Below are positions 10,118 through 21,809 of a DNA stretch of 64,000 nt, piece by piece (position 1 is the first letter of the stretch; each line of letters begins with the position of its first letter). Under the pieces are notes generated by a model that made no database searches, was not told where the DNA came from, and saw only the letters and a list, made by a program, of their open reading frames with translations. A program made the position numbers and the translations under genes. This DNA comes from Sanchytrium tribonematis. Lineage: Eukaryota. The DNA is taken from positions 1-64,000 of the forward strand of contig JADGIG010000006.1 in the NCBI GenBank assembly GCA_018985235.1, in the 5' to 3' direction.

Positions 10118-12077
10118 ATGGATCCGCTCTATGTATTAAAATTAAAATGTTGTTATCTTGAAGAACTTTTAGAAGAAAAGTATGATGGCCAGCAAGCTGA
10201 TCTATTGAAAGAAATTGCGGACTTAAAAAGTAGACTGAAAACTAAAGGAATTAATACATTAAAATTGGAATTACAAGAATACCTTCCAACAACTGATGAT
10301 GATAATCAATATATTGAATCACTTAAAACTTTGTTGTCAAATAAATCAACTCCTGAGCATAATGAACCAGAGGCTCAGAGACTTAAAGATTTGGATATAG
10401 AACTTAATGAATCTCGAGTATACATAAAAGAGCTGGAATCCATTAAAGCTCAATTTAAAGACGAAAACTATCAATTTGATTCGTTGCAGCAAGAAAAAAA
10501 AGAACTTGAAAGCAAGTACCTTGAATTACTTCAAAACTTTGAAGATCTGCAAATTAATCAAAATGATCCGCCATCTCCACTACTAAATAAGGGTAACGAT
10601 ACCTCAATTCTGATGGATACTTCACTAATAAAATCGCAAGAGATACAGCAAACTACCTTTCTCGACTCAAAATTAAATGAAATTTTGCTCATGATTTTAG
10701 ATTCACTAGAAGAAATGAAGTCACAACAGGGCCAATTTATTTTAGATAGTCTTGATCTAGAGATATCCAATTTGGACAAAGAATCTGAAGAATTTCTTGT
10801 ACTCACTGACATTGCGAAAATACTGAGAGAATTCAACTCGAAATTGTTATCCGAACTATCCGGAAATGAATCAAATCACATAGACAATACTGGAGAGGCT
10901 AGTGATTTACGCTTTGAAATTCAACATCTTAAACAATCCTTGGATGAACTTCAAAATGAAAACAAGAAGCTAAGAGAAGAAATTAACTCGGCTTCAACAA
11001 ATTTGGACTACAAGAGTAGTGATGAATATAAAAATTTGCAAGAGAAAGTAAAAAATTGGAAAATCCAAGTTATGCAAGCTATGAACGAGAAAGAAAAAGT
11101 CAATAGCACTCTGCAAGAGAATCTTGATTTACTTCGTAATGAGTTAAGTGAATGTTCCTCAAAACTAGATTATGAGCAAAACTTGGTCCAAAAGTATAAA
11201 GAAGAAGTAGAATTGCTGTTAACCCAACGAAAGCCCCTTGATGAAAATTTGGAAGAAAATGAAAATTTTTTGAGATGGAAGAAGGATTATGCCCATTTAA
11301 ATGAAGAGAATGTAAAATTGAAAAGTTATAATGAACAAATTAATAGCAGATTGACAGAAGTAATTGATAATGCAGAAAGTTTGAAAAAAAATATGGATAT
11401 GTACGAGCAAGAAATCCGCGATTTACTAGATAAGTTGGAGGTTGTAAAAGAAGAGAAGGAAAATTTGAATGAAATTCTAAGGGCCTTGAGCCTTAAACTG
11501 CAAGCAAGATTGACAGAAGAAGTAGATGATAAAAATATTCTTGAAAAGTACGAATTAATGATAAATGCCACAGAATCGTTTATAAACGAGCTCGAAGTGG
11601 ACAATGTACAACTTCATGATAGGGTCAGACAACTCGAACAACATATTGATATTGAAATTGGAAAAACAGAAGCAGAAAAATTACGCGCAGAAAAATTGGA
11701 AGACTTGCTTCACCAGAAAGAAAAAATTGTACAGGTAGATGTCGCTTATTTAGCTAAACCGAGAGAGCGTTCAAGAGCTTATCCGACTAAAGCAGGTCCA
11801 GTCAAATCAAATCAAACAATTGGCCGAACAGCGAAATATTTTTGGTTCAGACTTACAACTGAAATATGATGAGCTTGCTTTGAAGTATAAAAAGGTTTAT
11901 GAAGAATACCAAAAATTAAAGGACAGGTACAAGCAAAAGGAAAAGTCTGCAAAACGGTCCAGGTCAAAAATTAGAAACGTTCTTGAACATCAAATAATTC
12001 AGCCAAGGTCTCCTAATCAGTACGAGAATGTTATGCTGCAAGAAGCTTTGAAGGACCTGGAAAAAATTAAACAGTAA
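10118..12077 (+). CDS. Long coiled-coil protein of unknown function; exons 10118-11734, 11754-12077
   Basis: E/K/L-rich heptads; the two ORFs join in frame after intron removal. Confidence 0.8.
11735..11753 (+). other. 19-nt intron gtagatgtcgcttatttag
   Basis: Removal gives KIVQ|LNRESVQELIRL, in frame with the 11820-12077 ORF. Confidence 0.88.
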
Positions 12078-12139
12078 CTACAAGTAAATACCAAATATCG
12101 TTTTCTGAAAAAATTTGTCAAAATTATAGGAGACAAGGG

Positions 12140-13263
12140 ATGATTCGTCATTGTATCAAGCGCGGTATGAAAGAATTAAATTTTGGAGGATCTGTTGAAA
12201 AAGTATACGAAAGAGCTGATTATCCACCTGCAAAACTTGCAAAGACACTTGAAAACGATACCTTAGCCATTCTTGGCTATGGTACACAAGGTCGTGGCCA
12301 GGCTCTAAATTTGAGGGACAATCTGAAAAAAATACATGAAGCAGGTGGTAACACCAAGGTTGTACTAGGTTTGAGAAAAGGGTCTTCATGGGATCTTGCG
12401 CTTAAAGACGGCTGGACCCCAAACAAAGATTTACTTGAAGTTGACGATGCTTGCGACAAAAGTACAGTAGTGATGAACTTGTTAAGCGATGCTGGTCAAA
12501 AATCAAGTTGGCCACAAATCAAGAAACATTTAGAGAAAGGAAACAAAACTTTGTATTTTGCTCACGGTTTTTCAGTTGTCTATAAAGACCAAACAAAAGT
12601 TATTCCTCCTAAGAATATCGACGTAATTTTGGTCGCCCCTAAAGGCTCAGGCACTACCGTCCGTAGTTTGTTTCTTGAGGGAAGAGGTATTAATGCTAGT
12701 GTAGCTGTATTTCAAGATGTTAGTGGAAAGGCGTGGGAAAGAGCACTTTCTATCGGAACTGCTGTTGGAGCAGGTTATATGTATGAAACAACTTTTCAGA
12801 AAGAAGTTTACTCCGACTTGACTGGTGAACGTGGAGTGTTAATGGTACATATGATCTGATTTAGGGTGGTATATATGGGCTATTTAAAGCCCAATATGAG
12901 GTTTTAAGAGAGCGAGGACATTCCCCTAGTGAAGCCTTCAATGAAACTGTCGAAGAAGCTACTCAGTCGTTATATCCTTTAATTGGAGCAAACGGAATGG
13001 ACTGGATGTACGACAATTGTTCAACAACCGCTAGACGTGGTGCTCTGGATTGGTACCCAAAGTTTTACGAGGCAAATCTTCCTGTATTCCGCCAATTGTA
13101 CGACGATGTTGTTAATGGTGCCGAAACTAAGAGAACTTTAGATTTCAACTCCCAAAAAGACTACAGAAGTTTGCTTGAAAAGGAGCTCAAAGAGATCAGA
13201 GAACATGAGATGTGGAAAGCTGGCGTACAAGTAAGAAAGTTGAGACCGGAAAATGCTGAATAA
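12140..13263 (+). CDS. ILV5: Ketol-acid reductoisomerase, mitochondrial; exons 12140-12844, 12865-13263
   Basis: GYGTQG, VAPKGSG, EVYSDLTGERGVLMGGIYG, SEAFNETVEEATQSLYP, CSTTARRGALDW, LRPEN. Confidence 0.97.
12845..12864 (+). other. 20-nt intron gtacatatgatctgatttag
   Basis: Removal restores ERGVLM|GGIYGLFKAQY. Confidence 0.95.
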
Positions 13264-13308
13264 AACATTTGCCAAGTTTCAAAATTTAAAACACTAGTCG
13301 TTTTTCTA

Positions 13309-14579
13309 ATGTCCGCCGATAATCTTTTTCACATATCTCCAGATGCTGATCTCGTGGTACCACTTCTTTCGCCAGGAAGAAATTCTACCTTATCAAGAGA
13401 ACTAAATCGAAATTATTCAACTCAGTCATTTATATCTGAAAATTTTCGTGAGCATTCATCTAGAAAAACAATAGTATTACTTTTGAAATCATTCATAGGC
13501 ACTGGTGTCTTGTTCTTACCAAAATCATTCTACGACGCGGGATTGATTCCAGCTATTTTTTCCATGATATTTACAGCAGCCTTGTCATTTTACGGTGTAA
13601 AAATATTATTGAAATTAACTCTAATAAGCCCAGGAAGCTACTGGCAAATTGCAAATGAAGTGGGTGGGCCAAAAATGAAAAATTTTGTAGTTATAATGCT
13701 GTTTCTACTTCAGTGTGGCCTGGTTATGGCCTACACTTCATTTGTTGCATTTAATTTTACGTCTCTACTTTTCCAATATTTCGATTACAGCATTGATCCT
13801 TTATGGTTTATTATTCTGATAGCAGTTACTATGATACCAGTATGCTTTACTTCCAAACTAAAGAATTTTAGCATAATAGCATCACTTGGAAATATTTTCA
13901 TTCTTGTTACATTGGCAGCAGTGGTTGGGTATTCATTTCGGGAGATAGCAACAACACCCAAGGACATACTGTACTTTGGAAAGTGGAATAACACTTTAAA
14001 ATTTATGGGAACATGTAAATTTATTTTGATTTAGCAGTTTATGCATTTGAAGGTATAGGTCTCATTGTACCATTAGCGCAAACATTAGAAAATAGTCCCT
14101 CTTTTAGCAGAATAATGTATTACACTACTTGTTTCATTCTAACAATGTATCTGGGCTTAGGATTAGTCACGTCAATTGCATTCGGTGATAATGTGAAGCC
14201 AATCATATTTGAAAATTTGATAGGTGAGAGAATTGTAGGATGTTTGGTGTTTTTCTATAATTGTTCCGTGCTAGTTACAATTCCATTAACAATTTTTCCT
14301 GTATTCGAAATTGTGGATGAACTGGCGGAAGATGTAGAAAAAAGTCTCACCGTTTTACTCAAAGTGCTAATATTATCTTTATTATGCACATTTTCTTATA
14401 CGTTTTACGAACATTTGGACTTGTTAGTTTCTCTTTTAGGATCTTTTTGTTGTATCCCGTTGGGAATCATAATCCCAGGCTTGCTAGGGTATCAAATTGA
14501 AAAGAGCATTACAAATAGAATTTTAATTGGATGCGGTGCAGCACTTGTCTTTATGTCATTGGTAGTGCTCTTCGTGTAG
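13309..14579 (+). CDS. Amino acid/auxin permease (AVT3/4, SLC36-like) transporter; exons 13309-14014, 14035-14579
   Basis: LLKSFIGTGVLFLP, FMGTSVYAFEGIG and LVSLLGSFCCIPL motifs. Confidence 0.92.
14015..14034 (+). other. 20-nt intron gtaaatttattttgatttag
   Basis: Removal restores FMGT|SVYAFEGIG. Confidence 0.95.
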
Positions 14580-14604
14580 CATTTGATTTAATAGAAAACA
14601 TTTA

Positions 14605-15397
14605 TTAAGTAAAGGATTGCGATATTTTGTTAATTTGTTCCAAACTGCTGCTTTTTTCTGGTGTGGTCGCACCTGACAAAGCATTCAGATCACTTCTGCT
14701 CCTTTTTGGGGCTTGAGTCATGAGTTGAAATGTTGGCTTTGTGTAATTTGCCAATGATTCAACACCCTAAATAAAATTAAAATACGGGTAAGTTGTTGAT
14801 GCAATAATTGATTAATGGTTGATTCAGACCGTAATATTCCATTCCAGATATTGATCTTGGCTTAGAGTTTCGAACGAGACCTGCCTTTGCCGCTACCTGA
14901 CTCCATACAATATTGGTCGTCTTTCCTTCAAAAAAATCTGCACAATCATCTGGTTTAATAATAAAATATGGACTTCCATCTCTTTCTTCAATACTGCACA
15001 AGTATTGTGTTGTACGCAATACGTCGATAGTTGATTGATAAGACCTCTTCACCGTATAGCCTAGTGGAAATATATGCTTTTCATTGTACCACCTGGCATC
15101 ATTTTTTATAGTTCCTATTTTCATTATGGTATACTGTCCCGATTTAAAAGGTGTTAACGGTACACCTTCCCCAGTCATAACGGGAATTTGGTGATGATAA
15201 ACAATTTTCTTATTCCTAGAATTCTTTTTTTGAGGCTTCTTTTCAGCAATTGGAATTGTAGTGATTTCGTGCAAAAGATCGTTACAAGTGTCGCTGACAT
15301 CTGAAAGGTCATCATCAAAATCGGCAAGTCTTTCAAATTGTAGAATTTTGTCTACCGCAGCTTCACGTTCTGCCCAAACGCTTTCCAGAGTTAACAT
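14605..15397 (-). CDS. FYRN/FYRC-domain protein (TBRG1-like); exons 15397-14786, 14766-14605; start uncertain
   Basis: IGTI..WYNEKHIFPLGY..RSYQS..YLCSI, SGMEYYGL..LPGVESLANY. Confidence 0.8.
14767..14785 (-). other. 19-nt intron gtattttaattttatttag
   Basis: Removal restores the FYRC end NNLP|GVESLANY. Confidence 0.92.
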
Positions 15398-15577
15398 AAT
15401 TATAAACAAGGAGATCTTATAAGCAACGATTTGTGACCTAACAAAAGAAAATATGAGGCCCTACTGATATCATTTGCGCCTGTTGTCATTTCATTCAATT
15501 TGTAAGTCCGGTGTTTTGAACGTCATGGGTATAAAAATATCATTCTGCGACGTGCATTAAATTGTATTTTTCGTTTT

Positions 15578-16118
15578 ATGACTAGGCCACACAAAATGAG
15601 TATTGACTGGAAAACTCTGTATGAACCAACATTTGGTAAGTTTGACTCTAGAAAATTTACTTGTAGATGTGGTGCGACTTTGACCAAGCCTGCAAAGTTT
15701 AATTGTCTGATGCACCTTCAGAATAGTTGTCCTTTGTTAACGCCACAACATTATCTATTAAGTGATTTGGTAAAAAAACTGGTACAATTGACTGTTAATG
15801 ATCCATTAGGATGGAGATATCGAGTAATGCAAGATGGGAGTAATTCTTTCTAATTTAGATGTTAGGTCAAAAAGACTGCCTGCCCACTTAAGTGCAACTA
15901 GTTATGGGTATGCCTGGACATGCTTCACCTGCCAAACCGTGCTGCCTTTGGATCAGAACATGGTCCTTCAACATATTCAAAATTGCGAATCATCATCTTG
16001 CCTAGTCAAAATAAGTTCAGATTGTAGAGGAAATGATGCGGCCTCGTTTGAAGCAGAAGGATTGAAAGCTGTAGACAAACATAGACTAATGGCTTTCATT
16101 ACCGATTTCCATGTATAA
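15578..16118 (+). CDS. Small protein with two Cys/His zinc-binding-like motifs; exons 15578-15839, 15859-16118
   Basis: FTCRCG...HLQNSC and WTCFTC...HIQNC; the two ORFs join via a consensus micro-intron. Confidence 0.65.
15840..15858 (+). other. 19-nt intron gtaattctttctaatttag
   Basis: In-frame junction QDG|NVRSKRL; matches the intron consensus. Confidence 0.85.
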
Positions 16119-16125
16119 ATTATAA

Positions 16126-16455
16126 CTATTTATTAATCTCTGTTTTAAGGTATTTTTTAATTCCTATCTTCACATCTCCCTCATTTTCATTTATTATAAG
16201 ACCAGCATCCTTATCGTATGCAAAAGTTTTTAATGTCTTATTAGGAACTACATATTTAACAGATTCCCCGTCAAAATATCTATATATAAGTATGTTTCTA
16301 AAGTTTTGACATGCAACGAAATAGCTGCCCAAACCAAAGGACTTTTTACATGAGATATTTCCCTCGCCAGCCAATGAATTTGGACTATCTGTCAACAAAG
16401 TAAGCAGTTGAACAAGCAAGCAGATAACCAAAAATGACTTTAGCAAAAATGCCAT
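16126..16455 (-). CDS. Small hypothetical protein with N-terminal signal/anchor
   Basis: 109-aa ORF filling the gap, hydrophobic N-terminus, AATAAA immediately before the TAG stop. Confidence 0.55.
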   Translation of the reverse strand: MAFLLKSFLVICLLVQLLTLLTDSPNSLAGEGNISCKKSFGLGSYFVACQNFRNILIYRYFDGESVKYVVPNKTLKTFAYDKDAGLIINENEGDVKIGIKKYLKTEINK

Positions 16456-16486
16456 GGTCTGGCCTTTTCGATTTTTTTAAAAATGG

Positions 16487-17305
16487 ATGAAACCATCATT
16501 CGGGGACACAGTGATTGTGAAGTTTGGTCTAGATTATGCCGCCGTAAAACTAGAACAAGGCAAAAGAATTATGAATAGGTATGGGGCATTTGCACATGAA
16601 GATATTGTAAAATTAAATTATGGAATGCGATTAAACGGTAAGCAAAAACATGGTCATTTATTAAAATTTACACCAATTCTTTGGTCAAAAGCACTACCGA
16701 ATAGGACCCAGATTATCTACCCATGTGACATGGCTCTTATTATCTCGAAATTAAACATCGGGCCGGGAAGTGTAGTAGTCGAGAGCGGTACAGGGTCAGG
16801 ATGCCTTTCACACGGCTTTTTAAATGCTTTAGGAAAAGAAGGACATTTATACACGTTTGAATACGATGAAATCAGGTACAATGAAGCGGCCAAGGAATTC
16901 AAATTACATGGACATGAAGGTCAAGTTTCAAGTTTTCATAGGGATGTATGTTTAAACGGATTTGACTTGGTTAATGTTGCGGATGCAATCTTTTTAGATC
17001 TACCATCGCCATGGGACTGCATTGAGTCGGCAAAAATGGCATTGAAGGAGGATCAACTCGGTAACATTTGCATATTTTCGCCATGTATTGAGCAAATACA
17101 AAAATCGCATGAGGTACTTTCACAACATGGCTTTACTACACTAAGGACTTTTGAGTGTTTATTGTACAACCATTCACTTCGGCCGGTCAAAATTCCTGAC
17201 TTGACGTCCTCTACTATCAAAGAGGTGAAGTATTCGAGTAAGTTCACTGAGCAGAAATCACACACTAGTTTTTTGCTATTTGGACAGCTGGAACTTTGCG
17301 AATAA
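16487..17305 (+). CDS. TRM61: tRNA (adenine58-N1)-methyltransferase catalytic subunit
   Basis: LPNRTQIIY, VVESGTGSG, FLDLPSPW, FSPCIEQ, SHTSFL. Confidence 0.96.
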   Translation: MKPSFGDTVIVKFGLDYAAVKLEQGKRIMNRYGAFAHEDIVKLNYGMRLNGKQKHGHLLKFTPILWSKALPNRTQIIYPCDMALIISKLNIGPGSVVVESGTGSGCLSHGFLNALGKEGHLYTFEYDEIRYNEAAKEFKLHGHEGQVSSFHRDVCLNGFDLVNVADAIFLDLPSPWDCIESAKMALKEDQLGNICIFSPCIEQIQKSHEVLSQHGFTTLRTFECLLYNHSLRPVKIPDLTSSTIKEVKYSSKFTEQKSHTSFLLFGQLELCE

Positions 17306-17391
17306 ACTTTGGATTAATTTTTGATTGGTGTTTGTGATTGGTGAAACAATTTTGATTTTTCTCTTAAAGGGTTGGAGATCAGTTTTGTTGG

Positions 17392-17658
17392 ATGCTAAAA
17401 AGAAGTGTTGCTGTTTGGAATTTAAATGAGCTACCTTTGGACACTCCAACTCAAGTCCAATTGGATGTTAATAGCCAGTATGGTGAAATTACATTAATTG
17501 TCAGCCCACTCATAACCACTAAAATGTTGTATGAGCAGCTGGAAACTGTTGTAAATGGTCTCTCGCTCTATTTTGAGGATTTGAAATTGGAAAGCAACTA
17601 CACTCATCTTTATGAATTGGGAATAGTACATATGAAAAATAAAATTTGTATCAGGTAA
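17392..17658 (+). CDS. Short hypothetical protein, possibly ubiquitin-like fold
   Basis: 88-aa ORF; LYFEDLKLESNYTHLYELGI resembles a Ubl C-terminal half. Confidence 0.3.
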   Translation: MLKRSVAVWNLNELPLDTPTQVQLDVNSQYGEITLIVSPLITTKMLYEQLETVVNGLSLYFEDLKLESNYTHLYELGIVHMKNKICIR

Positions 17659-17683
17659 TTTTATTTCACATCTTTTACATCCA

Positions 17684-18730
17684 TTAAGTCGAGTAATTAG
17701 CATTTTCCAAATTCAAGTACGGAATTAAATTGTCCTGCACCAGCTGAGATATATGCTCGTGCACAAGTACTAATCCTTCTGGACTATCTAAAGCAGCCAA
17801 CTTATCTGCCTCATTAATGTTGAGTTGCATTGGCGAATCATCCCTAATAAAATCGTTGAGAATGTCCTGATATAGACTTGTAGAAGGACTTTCGCAATAG
17901 AACTCATATTTGTCAAGAAATTTAACGTTCTCTTCGCAAAAGAACTGCCTGGAAAGGCTTTTTAGTGTGTTAAAATCAAAAAATTGGCCATGTATGGGTA
18001 TATATTTCTTTGCTCTAATATTATGCAAAAGTAAAAACAGTAATGGGATCCAAGCAGCCCAGAAATGTAGATTTATCATGTGAATTACAAGACTCCACAG
18101 AGGTTGAAATTGTATGCCATAATTTAGAGTAATTGTAAACATAGTAAATAAGCAAGTTGAAATGCTTAGACCGATGAATTCGATCTTTAATCCAATTCTA
18201 TCTTTTACCTTCTTTTTGACCAGCATAAAAGAAAATAAAATGATTATAATTTGTGTAAAGAAAAGGGGTATAAAAAAGACTAATGCAAAAGGCTTTGTAT
18301 TAAATAAAGATTTACAACTAGCGATAAAGGCATCGTCCCGTGATGAGAAATAGTAGACTGTTGGCTCAACAAGTCTTAAAATATACAAAATAATTGGGAG
18401 TGCAATGGCGTTGCGTAATAAAAGAACATTTCTAATCCAAAATATTTTACAGACGGAACTCAAGTGTGGCGACTCTGTTACTAAGTATTGGTAAATATAA
18501 GTAACTCGAATTAACGCTATCGAGACTGTTAAGGTCCCGGCGATCATAGTAATTGTACATGCAAAATCAAATGTGGTCATTATTAGCCAAACCATTGCGG
18601 TTGATTGCTCTAAAAGAACCAAAAAAGGTCTTCTATTCCATATCACAATGTGTTTAATATTGTAAACAAGCAGTATTATGCTTACAACACACAACGTGGA
18701 GTAGCAAATACAAACCCAAAAAAGTAGCAT
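17684..18730 (-). CDS. Multi-pass (about 7TM)-RGS fusion protein
   Basis: TM helices, KDRIGLKIE loop, FFCEENVKFL, FIRDDSPMQLNI, DNLIPYL. Confidence 0.8.
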   Translation of the reverse strand: MLLFWVCICYSTLCVVSIILLVYNIKHIVIWNRRPFLVLLEQSTAMVWLIMTTFDFACTITMIAGTLTVSIALIRVTYIYQYLVTESPHLSSVCKIFWIRNVLLLRNAIALPIILYILRLVEPTVYYFSSRDDAFIASCKSLFNTKPFALVFFIPLFFTQIIIILFSFMLVKKKVKDRIGLKIEFIGLSISTCLFTMFTITLNYGIQFQPLWSLVIHMINLHFWAAWIPLLFLLLHNIRAKKYIPIHGQFFDFNTLKSLSRQFFCEENVKFLDKYEFYCESPSTSLYQDILNDFIRDDSPMQLNINEADKLAALDSPEGLVLVHEHISQLVQDNLIPYLNLENANYST

Positions 18731-18848
18731 AAAATTTCCTTCTAACAGGAGGGTTTCGTCGCTAAATTATGCGATAATTTTGTGAACCAATTGGGCTAAA
18801 ATGTTTGGATTTTCGATATCTATTGCAAAATTGTTTTATTACTTACAT

Positions 18849-19910
18849 TTAATTGTTATCAAATACCAGATCGTCTTGGCTTAGATAAGGAATCAAATTG
18901 TCCTTAACTAATAGAGTAACCTCGAGATAGACATCGTATAGTCCATTAGGGCTCTCAATAGCTTTTGTTCTGTGGTTTTCATCAATATTAACTCTAAATT
19001 CCGCATTTTTGCAAATGTATTTATCCAAAATGTCTCGGTAAAGTTCTGCACTTGGAAATTTAGTGTACTCATCATAAGCACTTAAAAATAGAATATTTTC
19101 CTCACAAAAAAATTGACGAGATACATCTTTGAGAAGACTATAGTTGTATAAATGCCCAAAAATGGGAAGAGACCTCCTTGAACTCATCTGTAATCTAAAT
19201 GTGATAATTAAAGGAAAGATGACACCCCAAAAATTTAAATTAAATACATGCAAAGCCACGTTTATAATAGGATTGATGTGAACAACGGTGTTAAAAACAA
19301 TATTGCTGAATACAATCAAGACCGACGTTAAAGCGAAACCTGTCATTTCATATTTCATTCCAATTTTGTCGTTTCTTGCACAAAGCATATTTGTGACGAA
19401 AATGCAAACTAAAAATATAACTATAAATGTTTGGATTGACCCAGATATGGTGTATACCGAATCTGTCAACTCGATGACTTCTGGACAAGAACTTAGTAAA
19501 ATATTATTCCCAGTTGAGATAGAATATATCAGCGGTTGAGCAATCCTCAGTATAGCAAGTAATATCATGAAGAATATAGCGCATCTAAAGTTGAGCCTAT
19601 TGCGGCTCCAAAATATATTGCATATTGTGTGTAAAAGTGAAAAATTTTGAGTTTGGGGTACTATCGTCTGATAAGTGTACATCACCCTTAAATAAACAAA
19701 ATAAACTGTAACAGTCGTAAATATCTGTGAAAAAAGACACGGTATGGTCAATACTAACATTATAACCCAAATCAGAGTTGAAATTTGCTCCGTGATAACT
19801 AGATAAGGTTTCCTATTATGAATAACTATATTTTGTATATTATAAATTAGTGCAGATAAGCTAATGCAAAAAACTATTCCAAAAGCGATGGGCAGCCATA
19901 TCGCTGACAT
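18849..19910 (-). CDS. Multi-pass (about 7TM)-RGS fusion protein, tandem paralogue of 17684-18730
   Basis: Shared NR(K/R)P(Y/F)LV..EQ, D(K/R)IG(M/L)K.E, SRQFFCEEN and DNLIPYL motifs; ATG 19910 aligns with the paralogue start. Confidence 0.8.
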   Translation of the reverse strand: MSAIWLPIAFGIVFCISLSALIYNIQNIVIHNRKPYLVITEQISTLIWVIMLVLTIPCLFSQIFTTVTVYFVYLRVMYTYQTIVPQTQNFSLLHTICNIFWSRNRLNFRCAIFFMILLAILRIAQPLIYSISTGNNILLSSCPEVIELTDSVYTISGSIQTFIVIFLVCIFVTNMLCARNDKIGMKYEMTGFALTSVLIVFSNIVFNTVVHINPIINVALHVFNLNFWGVIFPLIITFRLQMSSRRSLPIFGHLYNYSLLKDVSRQFFCEENILFLSAYDEYTKFPSAELYRDILDKYICKNAEFRVNIDENHRTKAIESPNGLYDVYLEVTLLVKDNLIPYLSQDDLVFDNN

Positions 19911-20229
19911 TTTGTTTGAGGTGGAGATCGAAACGCAGATTGCAATTCGTTGCACAAAAATAGACAGCCGCATTTCAGACACAAAATTTATCATGCTAGT
20001 AATGGATAAGTAATAATGCTATCCCAGAAAATCACTCATTTACACTCAACAAAACAACCGAAATTGGCGATGCAAGTCGTCGCGATTATTATTTGTAATT
20101 CTCATCTTTCAGCTAAAATCTTACATCCACACTATGACGTAAACCTGTGCTGATGGGAACGCTCTTGTTTAAATATCCTAAATATTCTCCAATTATTTTT
20201 CGGGTGCACGTATTTCCCCTTATTACTTT

Positions 20230-21691
20230 ATGACAAAAATTGTGCTTCCTGATTTAATTGTTGTGAATGCTATAAATATTGAAGAATTAAAAGATGATAT
20301 CATCAAATGTATTAAAAATAGTAGCTTTGTCTGTGTCAATTTGGTGCATAGTGACAAATCAAATTTCGCACCAAAAGACAATGAGGCTGCCGAGTATGCT
20401 CAAATGAAACGAATTTTACACCAAAGCACTGTGGTTTCTATTGCACTTAGTGTGGGGACATTGCAAGAAACCGAAGAAGGCAGTAGTGTTACACGTGTAA
20501 AGCATTTTCAGATTCAGGTGAATGCTTTCACCGATTCTACTGATCACAATCTCTTTACCACCAGCTATACCATGCAGGGCTACAATGTTAAGGAGGCTCC
20601 GTTTGCCATAAGATACTTTCCAGGAAAGCCAAGAGATCTCGGATTCTCTTTAGGCACTTCAGAAAGATCATTCATATACCCAAAAGCGCACACTTCTTTA
20701 ATGATGATTATGAACTCTATTTTATTGCCTTCAACTACCAGATACTTGTTTGTGTATGAAGGACTCGAGACTCTCATGGGATTTTACAACGCATTTATTA
20801 CTTGTCTGCCTCATAATTCCAAAGAATTTCTAGTTGATTGTGAAGACATATTTAAAAATGTAATTGACGTCTCACTATATTCAAAATTATTACCCTTGCG
20901 AGTTGACTTTCCAATTGTTGATAAAGATTTATTCATATTGGCATTAGAGCATGGGGACTTAAGCAAAATTTATTCAGTTTCAGCAGAAGTCCCCACTCAA
21001 AGTTGGCCTGAATTTACAGACGTCTACGAACAGCAAATCATAGAAAGTAAAAATAAGCCACTTGAAGTGGGAGAACCTACTCAAAATTACTGTACCAAAA
21101 CTCTGGAATGCGGATATTGTGAAAAAGAAGGTTATATTTATTTATCTAGGATCGTGTGAATACAACCATAGCCTTCAAGATCTACTTCTGGTTGAGAAAG
21201 GCAAGGATACAGCCCTTAAGCAGAACAATAAAGGTGCCAGTTGGAAAGTCCCAAAGCGTCTGCGAACTTGGCATATCGCAGGTATTTTAATTTGCTCTTT
21301 AATACCCGTTGTGTTGAATGACAAGGAACGATTTGGGAAAGTGCTTAATACTTTGAGGTGCCCAGGTTTACTTAAAGATTTGGAAATTAAAAAATACGGA
21401 GGCACCCCTATCAGTGTTGAATGGGAGCGCAGAAAAAATGCCTTGACAGGCGAGACTGACCTGATACAAAGATCTCTTCGACCACAAACAGATTTTCGAG
21501 GGAGAACCAGAGGTCGTGGTGGCAGAGGAGCATCTCGCGGCACAAGAGGACGCGGTCGAGGCGGACAACGACGTGGTGGGCATAGAAGCCCGCCAAAATC
21601 TCAAAATCAGGGTCGACGACCAGATCAAAACTATGGAAGAGGTGGTAGATTCACTGCACAGCATTCTACGCCAAGATACCAGCCATATTGA
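20230..21691 (+). CDS. TOE1-like CAF1-family protein with CCCH zinc finger and RGG tail; exons 20230-21130, 21150-21691
   Basis: IKCIKNSSFVCV, SIALSV, FITCLP..EFLVDCEDIF..VID; spliced CTKTLECGYCEKEGSCEYNH fits C-x8-C-x5-C-x3-H. Confidence 0.65.
21131..21149 (+). other. 19-nt intron gttatatttatttatctag
   Basis: Removal builds an exact C-x8-C-x5-C-x3-H finger. Confidence 0.92.
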
Positions 21692-21809
21692 ATAAATTGT
21701 ATTTATTGCCCAGATTTTTTAACAAGCCACTATGATCATAGATTCAAGTATTGGACCATTTCCAAATCTTATATTTCATTTCCTTTCTCCTCCATTAACA
21801 ATATCTGAT

